A stretch of 42,440 nucleotides of DNA from Saprospiraceae bacterium (GCA_007125435.1 SLDF01000316.1:1-42440); one strand, 5' to 3'; counted from the stretch's first letter, positions 28,786 through 37,185 are shown. Numbers and translations are program-made. Notes: generated from the sequence alone by a model not told the origin.

Positions 28786-29700
28786 TTAATACTTAGGCTT
28801 ATTCCAAAGTGTAAATACACGGGAGATATTGAAGCCAAAGTGTATGCCGCCATCTAGCCAATTGCCGGTAGTTTCAGCGATGAAGCCCTTCTCTATCATG
28901 GATGTGCTATTTGTAAAGTGCAGCTGGAATACGTGTCCTCCGGTCTCTATGTCCAGGCCGACAGACAGAGAGTTTCTGAATCCATCGGCTAGCTGACCAG
29001 GGAATACATAGATGTATTCGGCATTGAAGGCAATTCTCTTTGTAATCTTTTGACGAAATGCTGTACCCAATGCATATACTGTATTGGACTCTGCTCTAGT
29101 TGGTACGAGATTGCGATGAACGACCGTTGGCGATAGTTGTAAAGTGAAGTTCTCTGAAAACTTACGCCCAACAATGGCCTGGAAGGTATAAGCAAACCGA
29201 CCAAAAAATGGATAATCCAGGTCTGCTCTGGGCCACCTCTCTCCGCGTATTGCTGTACTTGCAAAAAGCGCCATAGTAATAGGTATATTCCGGCGGCCAG
29301 TAGATTGTCTTAATATCCGGTATTTTATATACCCATCATAATTTTTCTGGAAACTAGATCGACCAATACCAATTGCCAAATTATCTGTCACACCAAGATC
29401 TAAGCCTAATCTAATGGACGCTCTATCCAGTCCAAAGAGTTCATAAAACCCTGTATTGATAAACCCAAACCTGTGATTGATTTTAAAATCAAGTACCCCG
29501 GCAGCAGTATTTTCAAGAGAATGTAAATTAATGACTCGGTTGGTCTTAAAACTAGCCTCAGTATAATCAATAGTTTCCTCATCATCCTCTAATAAGTCAA
29601 GAAGACTTTCTTCTTGAGCAATTGCTGCATAACAAAAGAGCAAGAGCATGGCAATTAATACAATAGACTTTCTTGAAAATATAAATAATGCTTGAGTCAT
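28786..29700 (-). CDS. Predicted outer-membrane beta-barrel protein (304 aa), resembling what I recall as DUF5777
   Basis: It has a signal peptide, an acidic linker and alternating beta-strand patterning. It is the last gene of the peroxidase operon. The family name is from memory and is unverified. Confidence 0.6.
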   Translation of the reverse strand: MTQALFIFSRKSIVLIAMLLLFCYAAIAQEESLLDLLEDDEETIDYTEASFKTNRVINLHSLENTAAGVLDFKINHRFGFINTGFYELFGLDRASIRLGLDLGVTDNLAIGIGRSSFQKNYDGYIKYRILRQSTGRRNIPITMALFASTAIRGERWPRADLDYPFFGRFAYTFQAIVGRKFSENFTLQLSPTVVHRNLVPTRAESNTVYALGTAFRQKITKRIAFNAEYIYVFPGQLADGFRNSLSVGLDIETGGHVFQLHFTNSTSMIEKGFIAETTGNWLDGGIHFGFNISRVFTLWNKPKY

Positions 29701-29723
29701 AAGTGTACGGTTATTTTATGGAT

Positions 29724-30104
29724 TTAATTGTTAGGGAACCCCTCATCTATCCAGCCTTCAATTTGGCTTATTGAACATTCGTCAATTTTTGTAGAGTTTT
29801 CTGGCATTGGAGCAAGTCCAGGCTCATGTTTAATAGACCCTAATAAGCTGCCATCATTAATGTAGGGTATTAAATCCTCATAGTTTTGTAAGTTCACATT
29901 GCCAAGGTTTGCAGCAGCCGAGTGGCATACCAGGCAGTTGTTGGCTATTATTGGGCGTATATCTTGCTGGTATGACAAACCCTCAGTACGGCACTCGATA
30001 TTGGCAAAAAGATCTTCTTCATTACCATAATAACAAGATGTGATAATAAGAGAAAGCCCAAGTATATATAGTGTAAAAAATGTGTTTTTTTTATTCATCT
30101 TCAT
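29724..30104 (-). CDS. Small mono-haem c-type cytochrome lipoprotein (126 aa from Met-19 of the ORF)
   Basis: The single CxxCH motif (NNCLVCHS) sits in a PSCyt1-like context (IRPIIANNCLVCH). A lipoprotein-like N-terminus (MKMNKKNTFFTLYILGLSLIITSC) begins at the internal Met, so I prefer the start at 30104 or 30098 over 30158. Confidence 0.7.
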   Translation of the reverse strand: MKMNKKNTFFTLYILGLSLIITSCYYGNEEDLFANIECRTEGLSYQQDIRPIIANNCLVCHSAAANLGNVNLQNYEDLIPYINDGSLLGSIKHEPGLAPMPENSTKIDECSISQIEGWIDEGFPNN

Positions 30105-30221
30105 CTGATAATGGATTCGCTTAAATATACGTAACAAACAGAATTTGGGTTTGGACAAGGGCAGCGGTTTATTTTTTTATAAAGACCACAAGAGCTCGAT
30201 GCAAATAAGACTTAGACCAAT

Positions 30222-31541
30222 CTAATTACATCCCATATCATCTCTGGAAAGCGGATCGTTATTTGGAAAACACAAACCTGACCTTAATTCATTGGGCACG
30301 AAACGCTGAAGGTTTGGATCCCTTAGACCATCCCTTATAAAGGCCAGCAAGTCTTCTTTTTCTTGATTTGTCATACCAAGTGGTCTTAGGTAATAGGATA
30401 ATTGCTCTTCCGGTACTCTATCATTTTCTGCTACGCCATTATTAAAGTAATCAATAACCTCTTCAAGAGTTTCTTTACTGCTGCCATGAAAATAAGGACC
30501 TGAATCTGCCAAATTATAAAGCTGAGGAGCCCTAAACTTAAACATATCTTCTTCCCTTCCAGTAAAACCTCCACGTCCCAAAGTCCTAAGATCATTTACC
30601 GAAGTTTTAAGTGCTCCCCTTTCCCATAAGTCTTTTACACCAAGAGCATGAAATGTATTAGAGCCCAAATTAGGTTGATTATGGCAATCTACACATCCTA
30701 GCTTCCCAAAGAAGAGAAGTGCTCCTTTCTTTTGTTGTTCGGACATGGCATTTTCATTGCCTCTTAGCCATTTCTGAAATGGTGCCTCAGTTGTAGTTAA
30801 GGCACGTATATAGGCAGATAAAGCAAAGCTTGCTGTCAATCGACTGTACCTCTCTTCTTCTGGAACATCAGGAAAGGCAGCATCAAACATTTCTTTGTAA
30901 CCAAACTGTTCAACTAAATGCTTTGAATAATTTATTCTGTGTACTTCCAGCCCATCTATATTTTGCTGCTCAAAGGTTCCTATCCTCAAATTATTAAGCT
31001 CAGTTGCCGGGTCTAATACACCCCACATATCTTCAGTGCCTTCGTTTTCTGCATCAGAACCGAACGATCCATTCCACATGGACACGTTAACAAAAGCAAC
31101 ATTCAGCACACTTAACGGTCTATTGCCCTGTGCATCTACTTCGTCATCTGTATAGGTAGGGTATTTTATTCTCCTTTCACCCTTCTTGCCAAAGCCATAA
31201 CCACCATCTGCAACACCTTGAAAAGTTCCAGGCCTAAACCCCGCTGCGGGAACATGGCAAGTACCGCAGGAAAAAGCATGTAAATGGCTGTGCTGGCTTG
31301 GCTCTACACCAAATGCAGTCTCGAAAAACAAAAACTTTCCAAGCTCTACCTTTTCCTCTGTTAGTGGGTTGGATATAGACTGAGGAATCTTGTCTAATTC
31401 GTTTGACCTTGGAAGAATATACTTTGACCGATCGCCAATTAATTGCTCTAATTCTCTATCAATTGTGAATTCAAGAGCATCAAAAGTACATGCTACTACA
31501 AGCGTCAATCCGCCAATGAGGATTACTATCAGTTTTCTCAT
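30222..31541 (-). CDS. Di-haem cytochrome c peroxidase / MauG-family protein (439 aa)
   Basis: Two CxxCH motifs are present (FSCGTCHVP and LGCVDCHNQ), as is the FRAPQLYNL motif typical of the CCP family. It has an N-terminal signal or lipoprotein sequence. Confidence 0.9.
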   Translation of the reverse strand: MRKLIVILIGGLTLVVACTFDALEFTIDRELEQLIGDRSKYILPRSNELDKIPQSISNPLTEEKVELGKFLFFETAFGVEPSQHSHLHAFSCGTCHVPAAGFRPGTFQGVADGGYGFGKKGERRIKYPTYTDDEVDAQGNRPLSVLNVAFVNVSMWNGSFGSDAENEGTEDMWGVLDPATELNNLRIGTFEQQNIDGLEVHRINYSKHLVEQFGYKEMFDAAFPDVPEEERYSRLTASFALSAYIRALTTTEAPFQKWLRGNENAMSEQQKKGALLFFGKLGCVDCHNQPNLGSNTFHALGVKDLWERGALKTSVNDLRTLGRGGFTGREEDMFKFRAPQLYNLADSGPYFHGSSKETLEEVIDYFNNGVAENDRVPEEQLSYYLRPLGMTNQEKEDLLAFIRDGLRDPNLQRFVPNELRSGLCFPNNDPLSRDDMGCN

Positions 31542-32004
31542 AGTTGGTTACCTTTAAAAAATTAAGTATTGATGTGCAAAGGATTTTGCAATGGTAGGCT
31601 TGGCTAAATAATCAGGGGTTATTGATATACTAAGCACAAATATAACACATTTACACATAAATACAAATCATAATATGTTTATTTTGAATGAAATATTAAG
31701 TTGCCTGTTTCTTTTTCGTATTTTGATTAAACAGGCATGCTTGGGAGTTTTCTTATAAAGACTGAGAGATATCGGCCGTGCTATTTTTTTACACTTCTCA
31801 CCTTGTTAAATTCATCGTCGCAAAAGTACAATTTACGTAGGTGATTTTGTAATCAAAGTGATACTAATTTAACTATATACAGAAGAGCAAGTTTTTCTTT
31901 TTAATGAGGGGATGGCGTTTCTTTATCAATGATTTATATCTCTTTGAATACAATATCTCACTTGTTTACAGGATATATTTCAAAATGTTGTTTTTTCTGA
32001 TCAA

Positions 32005-32115
32005 GCATCAGCGATGCGTAGTGGGTCACGAGCGAATGCGAGTGAGTCCGAAGGACCGAGCGAACAGCGAGCCCCGGAGCGTAGCGACCCATAACGAAGT
32101 GGAGGGTGATGCCCA
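32005..32115 (+). repeat. Interspersed repeat family 2, copy D (111 bp, shorter variant)
   Basis: It runs GCATCAGCGATGCGTAGTGGGT...GAGCCCCGGAGCGTAGCGACCC...GGAGGGTGATGCCCA and aligns with copies A and E. Confidence 0.8.
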
Positions 32116-32638
32116 TAGCAAAAAAAATGGTATGCGCCCTGGTCTGCATCTTTAAGCTAAAAGAAATACTAATTCTGCACTTAGTTCAATTCTGCGCCCT
32201 ACCAAAGGCAGATAGACAATATCAGGATTGGTTAACCTCTTTTCTCAGATGGTTTGAGGCTGGGTTATATATACCTTCATAAAAAGGTTAATTCATAAAG
32301 ACGATTTATGTATTTCTTTAAAGCTTTATTTTAATCGGCTGATTTTTAGTTGTTAAGTATTTAATACTATTTTTAATGTGATTGTTTAATGTAGGTGGTG
32401 ATTGATATTTTTTTAAAACTTAATTATATTTCATTGGTGGTTTTATAGATTAATTATTTTATTTGCAGTATCTTTTTATAGCCCAAATATAAATCTGTTA
32501 TCTAATAGAAAATGTAGTTTGCGTTTTATGCAGATAAGTTTTTTTATGGCGCTAATTGTATTTGTGTCCTTAAACGCAAGTTTTGATATGGGCTATTTTT
32601 TTTACTAACTAATTATTGCTAACTATTAAAATACTATT

Positions 32639-34196
32639 ATGAGAAGATACCTACTTTTAATAACCACGATGTCCATACTCTTGACCAGTTGTGCATCGTT
32701 ATTGACCCCTAAAAACCAAAAGGTTGCCATCGATACGAAACGATCCGAAACCATTTATATAAATGGTAAAAAGGCGAGGGCTAATAATGGCCGTTATGAT
32801 CTAGAAAGAGATATGGAACCTAAGCAAATTACAGTAAAGTCGCCTGATCACCACGACAGAAATATTGTTGTTTTTCAGCACAGAAAATCACCGGTATCAT
32901 TTGTATCGATACTTTTTTTATTTTATCCTTTCATTCTAGATACAGGTCCGAGAGCATTCAATTATGATAAAGAGATAGCTATTCCTTCAAAAAAGTATCC
33001 CAAAGTAGCTAAGGTCTCCGATATGAAGAATCTAACTGTAAACAAAGTTGGAGTTGATATTGAGAGTGGTGATAGAAAATATAGGGTGTTTAAATCATAC
33101 AAAAACTTTTTGAAAAAAGACTCCAAAAAGAAGGCTGAAACTGATGATGATGACAAAGACGTAAAAATTGAAAATTCGATCTTTTCTTTGGCTCTCAATG
33201 ACCTACTGAAGGACTTAGACTTTATTGATACATCAGGTAGGGTATTGAATATAAGTTATCTTGATAATCTCTTTATCGATGCTGACATAATCAAATATAC
33301 ACTGAGTCATGTCAAGCATAAGAAAAGGGAAATTATGGATGTATCCTCTAATTTTGTAAGCAGGTATGGTTTTTGTCGATTTGGTTATTCGGTTTGATAT
33401 TTTAGATATCTACAAAGAAAAAATATTGTCCCATGAGATAAAAACGCGATCAGGTCAGTTTCCAATTTTTGATTATGAAGATGTTGACGAAGTTCTTCAA
33501 GAAACCATAAAAGACGCTATAGAGATCGGATTGATCCAATTTCTCAACGATAAGAAAATTACTGAAGCTTTAAAAGACAGGAGCCAGGCCGACAAAGAAA
33601 AAGCGTTTCCCGAAACCGTCCTGTTAAAATCAGATGATTTTGTTTCTGATCTTTCAGAAGCAGTAAACTCCTCATTTACCATTAAGAGTAAAGATAAGAT
33701 GGGTAGCGGTTTTGTGATTAGTAAAGATGGTTATATTATTACGAATTATCATGTCGTGACCGATACCTCCGGATTACATGTCATAGATAATAAGGGCAAC
33801 AAGTATAATGCAACTTTAGTCAGGGCAAGTAAGATTTATGACTTGGCTCTGCTCAAAACTGATGCCGTAGATTTTAAACCGTTTGAAATAAATACATCTG
33901 ATAACTACCCTATAGGTGACGATGTTTATGCTATTGGGACCCCTACAGCAGAGGATTTATCACAAACAGTTTCTCGCGGCATTATATCAGGTATTAGACC
34001 TTTGGCTCATGAGGCCAAGCTGATTCAGACAGATGCCAGTATCAATTATGGCAATAGTGGAGGCGCTATGGTCAACAAAGAAGGTAAAGTTTTAGGTGTC
34101 GTTAATGCCAAATTAAGTGGTTACAGTATTGAAGGGGTCGCATTTGCAATTCCTTCATACGAAATAGCCAATCGTTTGAAAATCCGATTTGAATAG
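32639..34196 (+). pseudogene. Lipoprotein with a C-terminal trypsin-like (S1C/DegP-type) serine protease domain, split by a frameshift
   Basis: ORF 32639-33397 starts with a lipobox (ILLTSCAS). ORF 33366-34196 carries GSGFVISKDGYIITNYHVV, DLALLK and the catalytic-Ser motif GNSGGAMVN. The two ORFs overlap by 32 nt in frames offset by +1. The second frame only opens at 33360. A T5 run at 33370-33374 is the likely shift site, and removing one T gives ...SNFVSRYGFVDLVIRFDILDIY... Confidence 0.6.
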
Positions 34197-34300
34197 TCTT
34201 GACGATACTGACAGTTTTGATGATAGTCTCTAGTTAATGAGGCTCACCGTTTTGACTATTATATTTGTGGTTATTGAGTAGCGGTGGCAAAAGTTAAAAA

Positions 34301-34336
34301 GCGTGATTCATTGTAAATTGAATCACGCCTTTTTTA
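34301..34336 (+). terminator. Rho-independent terminator after the protease gene
   Basis: A 10-bp perfect stem pairs GCGTGATTCA (34301-34310) with TGAATCACGC (34319-34328) around an 8-nt loop. It is followed by CTTTTTTATT. Confidence 0.7.
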
Positions 34337-34448
34337 TTGTTACTTTATCACTTTATAAGACATGTCTTCCAATTTATTAATAAGGGTCAATGCTCAAGTT
34401 GACATTTGTCATTATTTTCATTTTCCATCCGGTAACAAATGTTACCAA

Positions 34449-34476
34449 TTGTATGCGCAAAGCCACTGTATATTTG
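34449..34476 (+). promoter_or_regulatory. Candidate Bacteroidota promoter for the MBL-rhodanese gene
   Basis: TATATTTG (34469-34476) matches TAnnTTTG. A TTG at 34449-34451 lies 17 nt upstream, which is slightly short. The box is 68 nt upstream of the ATG at 34544. This rests on motif matches only. Confidence 0.25.
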
Positions 34477-34543
34477 CATTGTCAATTGGAAATTTTGACA
34501 AATAATCGATTATACCATTTTATAACAGAAAAAAATATAAACA

Positions 34544-35962
34544 ATGAAAGTAGAACAAATTTATACAGGGTGTCTTGCACATGGAGCGTATTATATAGAA
34601 AGTGCAGGTGAAGCTGCCATTATTGACCCATTAAGAGAAGTAGAGCCATATATTAAGATGGCGGAGACAAATAATGCTAAGATTAAGTATGTATTCGAGA
34701 CCCACTTCCATGCGGATTTTGTTTCGGGGCACGTAGACCTTGCCAAGAAGACTGGAGCAGATATCGTTTTCGGGCCTACAGGTATGGAGATGGGGTTTGA
34801 TGCAGTTATTGCTGAGGATGGCCAGGTATTTCAGATTGGTGATGTAGCTATTAAAGTCATTCACACACCGGGCCACACCATGGAGAGTAGTTGTTTCCTA
34901 TTGATCGACGAAGAGGGTAAGGAGCAGGCTATTTTTACCGGGGACACTTTATTTATAGGTGATGTAGGTCGTCCTGACCTTGCACAGAAGGTTATAGCAG
35001 AATTGACTCAGGAAAAATTAGCCGGTCATTTATACGACTCACTTCATAATAAGATCATGCCCTTACCTGATCACATAACAGTCTATCCTGGACACGGTGC
35101 CGGTTCTGCTTGTGGCAAGAAAATGAGCAAAGAGACATCTGATACACTAGGCAATCAAAAGCGCGAAAATTATGCCCTTCAGCCGATGAGCAAAGAGGCT
35201 TTTATCGAAGAAGTTTTGACCGGATTGACACCTCCTCCTGGTTACTTCCCGGCTAATGTGATGATGAATATTCAGGGCTATGAAAGCATAGACAAGGTCT
35301 TGGAGAGAGGTCAGTCAGCACTAAGCCCGAGAGCATTTGAGGCAGCTGCTAATGAGACCATGGCATTGATGATAGATACCAGACAGCCTGAGGAATTTGC
35401 CAAAGGATTTATCCCTAATTCTATTAATATAGGCCTTGACGGTAGCTTTGCATCCTGGGTAGGTACATTGGTGCCTGACGTCAAGCAGCAAATCCTCGTC
35501 ATCGCTGATGAAGGCACCGAAGAGGAAGCCATCACCAGAATGGCCAGAGTGGGCTACGACAATGTCATAGGTTACCTGGAAGGAGGATTCAAAGCCTGGC
35601 AGGCAGAGGGTCGTGAGATAGACGAAATCGAATCCATTACGCCAGCTGAGCTCTTAAAAAGAGGCGAGCAAGAGGAGCTAAATATACTCGATGTGCGCAG
35701 AAAAAGTGAGCACGACAGTGAGCACGTCATTGACGCCATCAATGCCCCGCTTGACTACATCAATGATAGCATGGCATTAGTTGACAAAGACAAGACGTAT
35801 TATGTACATTGTGCAGGTGGTTACAGGTCCATGGTGTTCAACTCGATTTTGAGAGCCAGAGGCTTTGACAAGCTTGTAGACATCAAAGGTGGATTCGACG
35901 CCATTAAAGAGGATGGTAAATTCAAGGTCAGCGAATACGTTTGCCCTACCACATTGCTATAA
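34544..35962 (+). CDS. MBL-fold hydrolase (persulfide-dioxygenase-like) fused to two rhodanese domains (472 aa)
   Basis: The metal motifs are THFHADFVSGH and HTPGHTMES. Two rhodanese-like regions follow, and the last has the active-site loop HCAGGYRS. Confidence 0.85.
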   Translation: MKVEQIYTGCLAHGAYYIESAGEAAIIDPLREVEPYIKMAETNNAKIKYVFETHFHADFVSGHVDLAKKTGADIVFGPTGMEMGFDAVIAEDGQVFQIGDVAIKVIHTPGHTMESSCFLLIDEEGKEQAIFTGDTLFIGDVGRPDLAQKVIAELTQEKLAGHLYDSLHNKIMPLPDHITVYPGHGAGSACGKKMSKETSDTLGNQKRENYALQPMSKEAFIEEVLTGLTPPPGYFPANVMMNIQGYESIDKVLERGQSALSPRAFEAAANETMALMIDTRQPEEFAKGFIPNSINIGLDGSFASWVGTLVPDVKQQILVIADEGTEEEAITRMARVGYDNVIGYLEGGFKAWQAEGREIDEIESITPAELLKRGEQEELNILDVRRKSEHDSEHVIDAINAPLDYINDSMALVDKDKTYYVHCAGGYRSMVFNSILRARGFDKLVDIKGGFDAIKEDGKFKVSEYVCPTTLL

Positions 35963-35972
35963 AATATTAAAG

Positions 35973-36188
35973 ATGACACGTAAATCCATTATTTTGACAG
36001 CATTGGGCATAGCTATTGGCGCTCTAGGAGGTTGGTTGTATTACTACTATGTAGGGTGTCAGTCCGGCACTTGCGCGATCACTTCCAGACCACTTAATAG
36101 CACACTATATGGGGCCCTTATGGGTGGCCTACTTTTGAATACCTTTTCAGGCGACTTTGCCAATCAAAGGTCTGACAAAGACAACTGA
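35973..36188 (+). CDS. Small membrane protein with a CxxGxC motif (71 aa from Met-29 of the ORF)
   Basis: The sequence is MTRKSIILTALGIAIGALGGWLYYYYVGCQSGTCAITSRPLNSTLYGALMGGLLLNTF, which reads as two TM helices flanking CQSGTC. It starts 10 nt after the MBL-rhodanese stop. It may be the DUF6132-type family, but that name is from memory and unverified. Confidence 0.6.
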   Translation: MTRKSIILTALGIAIGALGGWLYYYYVGCQSGTCAITSRPLNSTLYGALMGGLLLNTFSGDFANQRSDKDN

Positions 36189-36246
36189 TTATAGAATAGG
36201 ATTTGCAAGGTCATAATAAATTAAGATTTTGATGATTTGTATTGTG

Positions 36247-36295
36247 AACAATCCCTCCTTTACTTGATGAAGTATTGGGGGGATTGTTTATTTAT
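36247..36295 (+). terminator. Possible terminator after the MBL-rhodanese / small membrane protein pair
   Basis: The stem pairs AACAATCCC (36247-36255) with GGGATTGTT (36280-36288). The loop is long, at 24 nt. It is followed by TATTTAT. Confidence 0.35.
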
Positions 36296-36327
36296 CAAGC
36301 GGGTTTTAAATGAGACTTGAGATGATA

Positions 36328-36939
36328 TTCGTTTGGGCGTGTCCCTTCGGGACCGGGCTATGCGCTTGTATTCACAGGTCTGCCATAGAGTGTCGCTGCT
36401 GGTGTGAGCGGCTTCTTACCAGTCGCCGAGCCAGAGTCGCTTTAATTTTATTGTAAGATTTACAGAGCATTCTTAGTATTGGATTTAAATCGAGGTTTAG
36501 TCGATGCTGAGCCGAGGGCGGCTATAATTTATTATGATTTATTAGTTTACTCATTATGGCGACTTTTTATTAAGATACAGTGATGCCGAGCCAGAGGCGG
36601 CTCGGTTCCTTCATTATTTGCTTGACATTAAGTCAACCAAATTGCTTCGCACCATTCAGTCATCCTCATTATCAGATTGACGTTTAGTCAATCTGATTGC
36701 TTCGCACCATTCGGTCATGCACCGTTCAGTCATGCACCACTCAGTCACCCTCACGCGAAAATCTGTTGTCAGTTGTCGGTTGCGTGTTACGTGTTACGGG
36801 TTGCTTGTTGTTTACGCTTCGCTGTTTAATGTTTGAGATGCGCTTCGCTTTCTCAAACGTTTACGCTACGTGGACGTTGTCCACTTCGCTGTTTAGGCTT
36901 GAAGATGATTGATAACTTTCAAGTTCTATTTGCAATAGG
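36328..36939 (+). repeat. Structured repeat family 3 (R3), long copy (612 bp)
   Basis: Its 5' module (36328-36424) and 3' module (36745-36939) are homologous to the reverse complement of 24161-24494. A copy-specific core of about 320 bp (36425-36744) is rich in hairpins and short tandem repeats. Confidence 0.8.
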
Positions 36940-37107
36940 AATCTAATTAAAGGCTATTAGAAAAAACTCCCATGGAAGCTCTGCTATAAACGGGAGGGCA
37001 GCGAGTTAAACATGAGCGCAGCGAATTAAACGTGAGCAAAGGATAACTTATACATTCTACGTTCTACATTTTACCAATTGGCTCATGATACGTTTATCTT
37101 CCAAAGA

Positions 37108-37154
37108 GACCTTGGACGTTCCGACCTTGAGACGTGCCGACCTTCGACCTTTCG
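37108..37154 (-). repeat. Short GACCTT-type satellite, the complement orientation of the 23290-23975 tract
   Basis: The sequence is GACCTTGGACGTTCCGACCTTGAGACGTGCCGACCTTCGACCTTTCG. Its reverse complement, CGAAAGGTCGAAGGTCGG..., resembles CGAAAGGTCGAATGTCTAAAGGTCGG at about 23300. Confidence 0.7.
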
Positions 37155-37185
37155 CTTTCACCCTCCTTGTCATTCTCTACTATAT

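Noticed and set aside
31904-32155. ORFs 31904-32155 (+), 31958-32149 (-) and 37180-37365 (-).
   Set aside because: They are translations of family-2 repeat copies D and E. The same repeat occurs in both orientations elsewhere without a conserved reading frame.
34390-34611. ORFs 34390-34611 (+), 15424-15606 (+), 17057-17248 (+), 24950-25150 (-), 26301-26522 (-) and 37525-37773 (-) at gene boundaries.
   Set aside because: They run across intergenic DNA into or out of well-supported neighbouring genes. They have no recognisable domains and would displace promoters or terminators.
35889-35972. The ORF-track start at 35889 for the small membrane protein, and the start at 30158 for the cytochrome c gene.
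   Set aside because: The 35889 start overlaps the 3' end of the MBL-rhodanese gene in another frame. For both genes, an internal Met gives a canonical TM or lipoprotein N-terminus (35973 and 30104).
36341-36353. Covariation of the first R3 hairpin. The right copy has GTCCC-TTC-GGGAC; the left copy has CCCC...GGGG with a 14-nt loop.
   Set aside because: The left-copy pairing is weak and ambiguous. I therefore based the covariation claim only on the two 3'-module hairpins.
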